Below are positions 56,528 through 64,000 of a stretch of 64,000 nucleotides of DNA, piece by piece; position 1 is the first letter of the stretch; each line of letters begins with the position of its first letter. The DNA comes from a virus (taxonomy: Duplodnaviria; Heunggongvirae; Uroviricota; Caudoviricetes). Location: the IMG/VR virus record IMGVR_UViG_3300042881_003883, positions 19,930-83,929 of that record; one strand, written 5' to 3'. The notes below the pieces were generated by a model. It saw nothing but the letters and a program-made list of their open reading frames with translations. It was not told the DNA's origin and did no database searches. Both the position numbers and the translations under genes were made by a program.

Positions 56528-57331
56528 ATGAAAGAAGAAGGTAAACATTATGTTGATGCCAGTAGAGTAAGTGTAGCTCCTATTGCTAAATCTATCGCTA
56601 AAGATATGATTGTTAAAAAACACTACACTCATGCTTGGACAGCATGTAGATACGCATTGGGTATCTATTATAGAGAAGATGAAACATCAGTTGGGTTTTC
56701 AGATAACAAATTAGTTGGAGTAGCAGTTTATGGGTTCCCTGTTGGAGCCAAAGCACCAACATCGGTATGTGATGGGTTAACAAAAGATAACATCTTAGAA
56801 CTTACCCGTTTGTATGTTGATGATGGATATGGTTCAAATATTGAAAGTTGTGCATTAGGTAAAACATTCCAATGGATTAGAGAAAATGATACTAATATTA
56901 AAGTATTACTATCATACGCTAATAATGGACAAGGACACGTTGGTGGGATATACAAAGCTACCAATTGGATTTATCAGGGATTAAATACTGATATTGCATT
57001 GATGCCAAATTGGGGAATTTCATTAATTAATGACCCATTCGATTGGATTCATAGTAGGACAGTTTATAATAACTGGGGAAGTGGTAATTTGGAGCATCTT
57101 AGAAAGGAAATTGGAAAGGATGGATATAAGGAGTTTTGGAGAAGAGAAGAACCACCAAAACATAGGTATATTCAAATATTACCCCAAAATAAGAAGGAGA
57201 GAAAGGACTTGATGGGTAGATTAAAACATCCAATACAGCCATATCCAAAGGATTTAAACGATTATAATACCGAAGTAGTACATCACACTACATACGCACC
57301 AGAAGAGAGTAATGACATCAATTTTTGGTAA
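56528..57331 (+). CDS. Mom-like DNA-modification protein, copy 2
   Basis: MIVKKHYT, LVGVAVYG.P, LELTRL, IES.AL, LLSYA...H.GGIYKATNWIYQG. Confidence 0.75.
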   Translation: MKEEGKHYVDASRVSVAPIAKSIAKDMIVKKHYTHAWTACRYALGIYYREDETSVGFSDNKLVGVAVYGFPVGAKAPTSVCDGLTKDNILELTRLYVDDGYGSNIESCALGKTFQWIRENDTNIKVLLSYANNGQGHVGGIYKATNWIYQGLNTDIALMPNWGISLINDPFDWIHSRTVYNNWGSGNLEHLRKEIGKDGYKEFWRREEPPKHRYIQILPQNKKERKDLMGRLKHPIQPYPKDLNDYNTEVVHHTTYAPEESNDINFW

Positions 57332-57380
57332 AATACTAACTTATTGATAATCAATTAGTTATAAAATAATTAAAAAACAT

Positions 57381-57411
57381 TTTGCTATATGAATTATAAT
57401 TCGTATCTTAG
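57381..57411 (+). promoter_or_regulatory. Bacteroidota-type promoter variant with a palindromic spacer
   Basis: TTTG-N19-TATCTTAG; the spacer holds a perfect palindrome GAATTATAATTC (57391-57402). Confidence 0.5.
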
Positions 57412-57423
57412 TGTTATAAAGAT

Positions 57424-57495
57424 AGGGTAAGAACTCACCCTTATATGAGTTCAAAATAAACAATGTGGTAAAGGTATCACCACAACAACGATACC
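57424..57495 (+). ncRNA. Two tandem H-type RNA pseudoknots in a 5' leader
   Basis: PK1 AGGGT/ACCCT + GAACTC/GAGTTC; PK2 TGTGGT/ACCACA + GGTATC/GATACC; same topology, different sequence. Confidence 0.6.
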
Positions 57496-57513
57496 AAAAA
57501 AAATTAAATTATT

Positions 57514-59037
57514 ATGGCTATTAAAAAATCAATTAGCGCAAAAGTTCTTTCTGGTGGAACTCTAAACAAACTAAGAGAAATGTCCCCTTATATTTATGTG
57601 GATAAGCATCAATTACAAAGATTGCTTGATAAGTGGGAGGATACAACATCAGCAAAACATATGAAAGCGTGTTTAATTGGACACTCAAATATCTACACAA
57701 TTGTATTAGTAAGTATTGATGGATGTTTAGACTATTGTGAATCATTGATATCTCAATATTCTGAAGGAGATGACAGATATGAATCTGTTAAAGAAACAAT
57801 TGATTACTTACAAAACCTAACAAAGTTAGGATATCGTTATCTAAATATAGATGGTCAACATAGAGTGGAATGTTATTCTGACTATTTAAATTCCAAATTT
57901 ACAATTACAGAATCAGTAATTGATTTAATCGAAAGTAAAGATGGTAATACAATACCATTTGAAATGAAAGGTATATATTTCAAAGATATGCCGGAACTTA
58001 CTCAAAAGCAAGTATTGGATTTACCAATTACAATTGTATTAGTTGAAAAAGCAACTTTGCAGGATATGGTTGATATTACAATCTATACCAATATCGGAGA
58101 ACCTTGGAATGATAATGAACGAAGAATTATCATACCATCTCAATTCAATAGATTCCTACATTCATTTATGAATAATAACCCATTATTAACAGCAATGTTT
58201 AATAATACAAAGAATCTATCAAGCGATTACTCTCTTTTGAAAAAGGGTGATGCACTTATAATAGCTGAATGGTTTGCATATTATTACAACGTATTGGAGG
58301 GTAACATATATAGTTGGCCAAAGAATTCTATGTTAGATACTATGGCTTCAATTGAAGGATTACCAAAACATAGTAAAAAGAGAATGAATGATACTAAATC
58401 ATTAATCAGTAAATCGATAGAATTAGCAAATTCAGCCGGAGATGTTAAATTTGAAAGAACATTCTTAGATAACTTATTTATATTAATGACGGTATTGAAT
58501 ACTCCATCTCACCCAATGAATAATAAAGATAAGGAGATAAAAATTAATAGTTATAAAAAGTTTATCGATTGGTTTGCAAAAACTGAAGCAACTTTGAGAA
58601 AGGAAGATGAATTCCTTATAGACCCGGCAACTGGAAAAGATTATGTACATCCTATTACTGGTAAGAAATCAACAAACGCCGAATCATTTAAAAGAAAATG
58701 TGGAGCTAAGAAAACGGATGATATACAAATTCGTTCTACTATGATTATGGAAAAGTTTTATAAAAGTTATGATAAACTTTTCGCTAGTGGTGTTATTACT
58801 TTAATTGATACTACAAACTATACTAAAAAACAAAAATTAAACGCAGCAATTCAAAATGATTGGATTGATGCTGATGGGAATGAGTTCACATTTGAGCAAC
58901 TAATGGGTACTAATTCAATTATGGAAGGTGACCATATTGATGCTAGAGCAAGTGGTAATGAAACTACTATACAAAATTTAGTAATCAGAAATAAAACATC
59001 AAATATCAGAAAATCAAATAAAGCAATTTTAAAATAA
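57514..59037 (+). CDS. DUF262 (ParB/Srx-like) plus HNH protein, GmrSD-like architecture
   Basis: LQRLLDKW and NIDGQHR in the N-terminal part; EGDHIDA...NL...N.RKSN at the C-terminus. Confidence 0.65.
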   Translation: MAIKKSISAKVLSGGTLNKLREMSPYIYVDKHQLQRLLDKWEDTTSAKHMKACLIGHSNIYTIVLVSIDGCLDYCESLISQYSEGDDRYESVKETIDYLQNLTKLGYRYLNIDGQHRVECYSDYLNSKFTITESVIDLIESKDGNTIPFEMKGIYFKDMPELTQKQVLDLPITIVLVEKATLQDMVDITIYTNIGEPWNDNERRIIIPSQFNRFLHSFMNNNPLLTAMFNNTKNLSSDYSLLKKGDALIIAEWFAYYYNVLEGNIYSWPKNSMLDTMASIEGLPKHSKKRMNDTKSLISKSIELANSAGDVKFERTFLDNLFILMTVLNTPSHPMNNKDKEIKINSYKKFIDWFAKTEATLRKEDEFLIDPATGKDYVHPITGKKSTNAESFKRKCGAKKTDDIQIRSTMIMEKFYKSYDKLFASGVITLIDTTNYTKKQKLNAAIQNDWIDADGNEFTFEQLMGTNSIMEGDHIDARASGNETTIQNLVIRNKTSNIRKSNKAILK

Positions 59038-59042
59038 AATGG

Positions 59043-60164
59043 ATGAGAGTATTAGTAATACCTAATTACACAAATTTTGGTATGGCAAAAGACATCAATA
59101 GGGATTCGTTCCTATTGGTGTTTAAGTCATTTTTAGACAACACCGAAATAGGAAAAGAATGGGAATGGATTCTCCCATACCCAGATTTAAATAACCACCC
59201 TGGTATAATCAATCAATTTGAATATCCCAATGTTAAGTTGGTTAAAATGGATGGATTGGATTGTTTTCCACCAAAAATGAGAGTAGATTATCCCAATAAT
59301 TTCTTCAACCGAATTATTGAAAAATATAATGGTGAATTTAATCTAATTTGGTCACATTTACCTGAATGGACTAATGAGTTTAAAATTACTCGTATTTACA
59401 ATAAAACACAACCTATTATTGGTTATTGTCATTGGTGGGAAATTAAAGATAATGGTGCTAGAGATGATAATTCATTTTGGAGAAATGTGAAAGGCATGTT
59501 ACAAATGAAGGTTTGTGGTGTAAACTCACAATGGGTTAAAGATTTGGTTATTAAAAGAGCAAAAGAAACATTTAAATCGCATATTACTGATAAGTTAGAA
59601 GAGATTATTCAACCTTGGTATTTAGGATGCGATTCAGCAACACCAACTCAAACATATAAACCAAAAACTATTGTGTTTAATCATAGAGAAGGTGTATATA
59701 CAGGTTCAGATTGGTTTTTTGAAACTATGGATAACCTATGGAAAGAAAGACAAGATTTTGAAGTTTGGACTTCCTTAAACAATATGAATAAACCATATAC
59801 CAAATATATTGGACATGCTGATAGGAATGTTTATATGAATCAATTAGCAGAAGCTCATTTTGGTGTAGGAACGTTTCAAGGTTATTCAGCATGGAGTATG
59901 AGTGCAACTGATGGGTTAAGTAGAGGTGTACCTTATTTACTACCTAATGATTTTTGTTACCCTGAAATGGTTGGTAACGAATACCCACTTCTTTACAATG
60001 GAAAAAAAGAATTTAAAGAAATGGTTGTTAAATTATTAGATGGTGAAATTGAAAGACCTGATATAACTCACATTGCTCAATCACTATTATGGGAATCTCA
60101 ACTTAAAAGTTGGAAAATCGAAGAAAACTTCGTAAATAATGCGAGAAATACTTTTGATAAGTAA
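59043..60164 (+). CDS. Glycosyltransferase (GT-B fold)
   Basis: IVFNHR; WSMSATDGLSRGVPYLLP...YPEMV resembles the GT4 E.FG....EA...G.P region. Confidence 0.65.
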   Translation: MRVLVIPNYTNFGMAKDINRDSFLLVFKSFLDNTEIGKEWEWILPYPDLNNHPGIINQFEYPNVKLVKMDGLDCFPPKMRVDYPNNFFNRIIEKYNGEFNLIWSHLPEWTNEFKITRIYNKTQPIIGYCHWWEIKDNGARDDNSFWRNVKGMLQMKVCGVNSQWVKDLVIKRAKETFKSHITDKLEEIIQPWYLGCDSATPTQTYKPKTIVFNHREGVYTGSDWFFETMDNLWKERQDFEVWTSLNNMNKPYTKYIGHADRNVYMNQLAEAHFGVGTFQGYSAWSMSATDGLSRGVPYLLPNDFCYPEMVGNEYPLLYNGKKEFKEMVVKLLDGEIERPDITHIAQSLLWESQLKSWKIEENFVNNARNTFDK

Positions 60165-60183
60165 AAAAATTATCGTATATTTG
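60153..60183 (+). promoter_or_regulatory. Bacteroidota-type sigma70 promoter
   Basis: TTTG-N19-TATATTTG. Confidence 0.7.
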
Positions 60184-60206
60184 TAGAACAATTAAATAAA
60201 AGAAAT

Positions 60207-62723
60207 TTGTATTCAAACATATATTATCAAAGAGAAAAGAACTTAGTCCATTTGTGGGATGATACTCAAGGGTATAGGAGTTTTCCATATACCCGATATG
60301 CTTATGAAAAAGCAGTAAATGGTGAGTACACCACTCTATATGGAGATAAGGTGACTAAGATTTATAAATTCAAAGGAGATGACCCTACACTATTTGAATC
60401 AGATGTACCTGAAACTACGAGAGTTTTAGTAGATATGTACACCAATTCGGATATTCCATCTGAAGGACACGTTACACTTACATATGATATTGAGTGTGAG
60501 ATGGAGAGTGGATTACCTGACCCAGAAAAAGCAGAGAATGAATTAACATCAATTGCACTGCATGATTCTGCTACTAACCAATATTGGGTATTAGTAATGG
60601 ATAAAAAAGGTCAAATGGTAGAGCGTAAAACTGATAAAGCTATCGTTATTCCGTTTACACATGAAGAAGATATGTTAATGAAATATTTGGAATTGTATGA
60701 GTATATAAATCCATCTATTGTAACTGGTTGGAATATTGATTATTTCGATACACCAATGTTATATAATCGTATCAAACGTTTATTGGGTGAAAGACATGCA
60801 AATAGATTATCACCAATTGGACAGTGTTTTTGGTCACCATATCGTAAAAGGTATTTTATGGCAGGTGTATCTTATTTGGATTACCTTTCACTTTATAAAA
60901 ACTTCACATATTCAGAATTAGATTCATATAGATTAGATACCATTGCTCAAAGAGAATTGGGTAGGGGTAAGATTGAATATGAAGGAAACTTAGATATCTT
61001 ATTCAGAGATGATATTGAAAAGTTTATTGAGTATAACTTAGTCGATGTTGAGTTAGTTGTTGATTTTGATAAGAAACTACAATTCATAGATACCGCTAGA
61101 GGTATCTGCCACGCAGGACACGTTCCATATGAAGATTTCGTATATTCATCAAAGTATTTGGAAGGAGCATTATTATGTTATCTTAAAAGAAAGAACATTG
61201 TAGCACCTAACAAACCTGCTGATAGAAGAGAGAGAATGGAAGCTCTTAAGGAAAATAATGAAGAGAAATTCATTGGAGCATATGTTAAAGCACCTATTGT
61301 TGGAAAATATGATTGGATTTATGATTTGGATTTAACTTCCCTATATCCATCAATCATTATGAGTATCAATATCTCACCAGAAACCAAAGTTGGTAAGTTG
61401 GAAGATTGGGATGCACAAAAATACTTAAAAGGTGAAGTTAATGAGTATAAAGTTGGTGATAATTACATAACAAAAGAAAATCTAAAAATTCTATTAGAGA
61501 AAAGTAAATATTCCGTAGCATCAAATGGTGTTATGTATAGAACGGATACACCGGGTTGTATTCCTGATATATTGGACTTATGGTTCTCTCAAAGGGTTGA
61601 ATTTAGAAAATTAGAAAAAAAATATGGTGATGAGGGAGATAAAGAAAAGTACGCATTCTATAAAAAACGCCAGCTGGTTCAGAAAATTTTACTTAACTCT
61701 TTATATGGGGTGCTTGGTCTTCCTGCCTTTAGGTTCTATGATGTTGATAATGCTACCGCTGTTACCACTACGGGACAGACAGTTATTAAAAGCACAGCTG
61801 ATATGGCTAACATCAAATACAATAAGGAGCTTGGCACTCCTGATGCTGACAGTAATATATATATTGATACTGATTCGGTATTTTTCTCCGCAGTTCCTCT
61901 TTTAGACCATCGAATTCCAAATTGGAAAAATGATGAGCAGGATGTAATTGCTGGTTATGTAAATGATATAGCTGGTGAGATGCAGAATTACCTAAATGAC
62001 TTCTATGATATCTTAGGTAAAAGGGTATTCAACATTGATAAGCATAGATTTGAAATTAAAAAGGAATTCGTATCAAAAGCTGGTATTTGGATTGCTAAAA
62101 AGAGATACGCACAATGGATTATTTCCGATAATGGTGTACCTTGTGATAGATTGGATGTAAAGGGATTAGATGTGGTTAGGTCATCATACCCAGCGGCTTT
62201 CCGTAAGTTTATGGGAGAAATATTAATTGAAATTCTTAGAGGTGATACGGAAACCCAAATAACTGATAAAGTTTATAATTTCAAAAAAGAATTGGTTAAT
62301 ATGGATGTTGTTAAGATTGCTAAAGCCGGAGCAGTTAAAAACTTAACAAAGTACATGCCAAAGAAGAAACAACAAACGGCAATGTTTCAATTCCCATCAG
62401 GTTGCCCAGCACACGTTAAAGCATCTATTGCATATAATCAACTATTAATTCATTTTGGTTTAGAAAATCAATTTGCACCATTAAAAGATGGTGATAAAAT
62501 TAAATGGGTATATCTTAAACAAAACCCATTTGGATTAGATGCAGTTGGATTAAATGGTTATAGTGACCCAAAAGAAATTATGGACTTAGTAACTACCTAC
62601 ATTGATTATGATAAAATCTTTGAAAGGGAACTCCTTAAGAAATTGGAAGATTTCTATGGAGCATTAAATTGGGGAGAGGTTTTATCCTCAACCAAAACAG
62701 CAGAAAAGTTTTTTGCATTTTAA
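60207..62723 (+). CDS. Family-B DNA polymerase (T4 gp43-like)
   Basis: Exonuclease YDIECE, GWNIDYFD, YNLVD; polymerase DLTSLYPSII, KILLNSLYG, YIDTDS, KKRY; TTG start. Confidence 0.95.
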   Translation: MYSNIYYQREKNLVHLWDDTQGYRSFPYTRYAYEKAVNGEYTTLYGDKVTKIYKFKGDDPTLFESDVPETTRVLVDMYTNSDIPSEGHVTLTYDIECEMESGLPDPEKAENELTSIALHDSATNQYWVLVMDKKGQMVERKTDKAIVIPFTHEEDMLMKYLELYEYINPSIVTGWNIDYFDTPMLYNRIKRLLGERHANRLSPIGQCFWSPYRKRYFMAGVSYLDYLSLYKNFTYSELDSYRLDTIAQRELGRGKIEYEGNLDILFRDDIEKFIEYNLVDVELVVDFDKKLQFIDTARGICHAGHVPYEDFVYSSKYLEGALLCYLKRKNIVAPNKPADRRERMEALKENNEEKFIGAYVKAPIVGKYDWIYDLDLTSLYPSIIMSINISPETKVGKLEDWDAQKYLKGEVNEYKVGDNYITKENLKILLEKSKYSVASNGVMYRTDTPGCIPDILDLWFSQRVEFRKLEKKYGDEGDKEKYAFYKKRQLVQKILLNSLYGVLGLPAFRFYDVDNATAVTTTGQTVIKSTADMANIKYNKELGTPDADSNIYIDTDSVFFSAVPLLDHRIPNWKNDEQDVIAGYVNDIAGEMQNYLNDFYDILGKRVFNIDKHRFEIKKEFVSKAGIWIAKKRYAQWIISDNGVPCDRLDVKGLDVVRSSYPAAFRKFMGEILIEILRGDTETQITDKVYNFKKELVNMDVVKIAKAGAVKNLTKYMPKKKQQTAMFQFPSGCPAHVKASIAYNQLLIHFGLENQFAPLKDGDKIKWVYLKQNPFGLDAVGLNGYSDPKEIMDLVTTYIDYDKIFERELLKKLEDFYGALNWGEVLSSTKTAEKFFAF

Positions 62724-62755
62724 TTTGGAAATGTGGAAAATAATTCGTATATTTG
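62724..62755 (+). promoter_or_regulatory. Bacteroidota-type sigma70 promoter
   Basis: TTTG-N20-TATATTTG. Confidence 0.75.
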
Positions 62756-62787
62756 TATAACAAAAAAGTAAAACTTAAAATTAAATT

Positions 62788-63483
62788 ATGGAAAAATTAA
62801 AATTAGATGGCTTCATCAATCGTTACAACCTTGGTGGTGAAGTAGAATCAGTAATGTTAAAATCAGATGATACAAGCGTATCAGTTAGAATGATTTCAGA
62901 TGACAAAACCTTATTAGGTGATGTAAGTGTAGTAGAATCGGAATTCCCAAATGGTGAGTTCGGTATTTACACCACATCTCAATTAAGAGGTTTGTTAAGT
63001 GTATTAGATAATGGTATCACTGTTGAGGAAGTTACTGGGGCATTGAAGTTCTCTGATAAAGGAACAAAAGTTCAGTATATGTTGGCAGCACCATCAGTTA
63101 TCCCATCGGTACCTGACTTGAAAGCACTTCCACCATTCAATGTAAATATTACATTAGATAATGAGTTTATTAATAAATTCATCAAATCTAAAGGAGCATT
63201 AGCTGACGCTGATACATTTACATTCACTTGTAAAGATGGTAAAGGTGAAATTATCTTAGGATACTCATCAATAAACTCTAACCGAATCTCAATTGGTGTA
63301 GATTGTAAATGTGAAGGTAATGTGGATGCAATTGCATTCTCAGCAAAATACCTAAAAGCTATCTTAATGGCTAATAGAGGTTCAACAACCTCATCATTAC
63401 AAATCTCATCACAGGGATTGGCAACGTTATCATTTACCGATGGTGACTATGTATCAAATTATTACTTAGTAGAGATTAAATAA
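62788..63483 (+). CDS. Sliding clamp (T4 gp45-like)
   Basis: 231 aa next to PolB; FGIYTTSQL..LLSVL; two-domain size; YYLVE tail. Confidence 0.7.
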   Translation: MEKLKLDGFINRYNLGGEVESVMLKSDDTSVSVRMISDDKTLLGDVSVVESEFPNGEFGIYTTSQLRGLLSVLDNGITVEEVTGALKFSDKGTKVQYMLAAPSVIPSVPDLKALPPFNVNITLDNEFINKFIKSKGALADADTFTFTCKDGKGEIILGYSSINSNRISIGVDCKCEGNVDAIAFSAKYLKAILMANRGSTTSSLQISSQGLATLSFTDGDYVSNYYLVEIK

Positions 63484-63503
63484 TAACAACTAAAAAGTAG
63501 CAT

Positions 63504-64000
63504 ATGAGCTTTTGGGATACCGAACCGCAAAAACCAATATTTGTATTTGAAGATGAGAAACAAAAACTCATCGAAAATATGAACTACCTTATGACAATGA
63601 GTGTAGAAGAACAAACCTTATACAAAAAATGGGTAGAGTTGCAGGAGGAATCTATGTTTAGGGATAAATCCCAAATGGCATCTCTATATGATACTCAATG
63701 GAAACCAACTGATATCAATAATAAGGAACTAACTATTAGAGAAATCGAAGAGTTAGACCCTTATGTTGAGATTGTTGAAGATGATGCAGTACAATCTACC
63801 AAATGGACTTATGTTCGTAAAATGATTCACACAATGAGTTGGACAGCAAATCCTGGTCGAAATGTGAAGATATTTATAAAAGATAGGAATAGTGGTAAAT
63901 TGTTAGGATTAGTTTCATTAGCATCCGATGTAACCGCAATGGGTGTTAGAGATAACTACATTGGTTGGACTAAGGAAGATAAATTTGCTAAAGGTAAACT
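63504..64000 (+). CDS. DUF4338 (DruA-like) protein, 3'-partial; not in the ORF track
   Basis: Hand translation MSFWDTEPQKP...ANPGRNVKIFIKDRNSGKLLGLVSLASDV...RDNYIGW; open to the end of the window. Confidence 0.65.
   Translation, partial: MSFWDTEPQKPIFVFEDEKQKLIENMNYLMTMSVEEQTLYKKWVELQEESMFRDKSQMASLYDTQWKPTDINNKELTIREIEELDPYVEIVEDDAVQSTKWTYVRKMIHTMSWTANPGRNVKIFIKDRNSGKLLGLVSLASDVTAMGVRDNYIGWTKEDKFAKGK

Noticed and set aside
47175-62723. Inteins or group I introns in recA, dnaB, nrdA, nrdB or polB
   Set aside because: Lengths and motif spacing look uninterrupted; no intein termini or embedded endonuclease seen.
63504-64000. Druantia defence system
   Set aside because: Only a partial DUF4338 ORF; no DruE-like helicase visible; it sits in a phage replication operon.
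1-64000. tRNA or rRNA genes
   Set aside because: Intergenic gaps are short and I saw no cloverleaf or T-loop signature; tRNAscan-SE would confirm.

Overview
A 64-kb AT-rich segment of a large T4-like myovirus (contractile-tail phage). All supported genes but one are on the + strand, in the standard genetic code. The host is very probably Bacteroidota: 11 TTTG-N19/20-TAnnTTTG promoters, a T9SS C-terminal sorting domain, and six signal peptides followed by Gln. Left to right: (1) two giant tail-fibre genes with Gly-X-X (GTS/GSS) tracts, plus adhesin and chaperone genes; (2) sheath, tube, a tail chaperone with a probable programmed frameshift, tape measure and baseplate; (3) GT2, a short family-A polymerase, a nuclease-like protein, an AdoMetDC homologue and a GH19 endolysin; (4) a late-promoter cassette of exported cohesin/dockerin, T9SS, CsgG-like and lectin proteins, bracketed by two cell-wall enzymes; (5) SSB, RecA, 5'-3' exonuclease, DnaB, an Hc1-like protein, RNR, SET, MazG and thioredoxin; (6) two Mom-like genes, a GmrSD-like DUF262-HNH gene, GT-B, PolB, the sliding clamp and a partial DUF4338 gene. 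The best leads are the cell-surface cohesin-dockerin cassette, two tandem H-type pseudoknots in the leader of the DUF262-HNH gene, the chaperone frameshift, the Hc1/SET pairing and apparent GATC avoidance. All domain calls come from reading motifs by eye; no database or HMM search was run.
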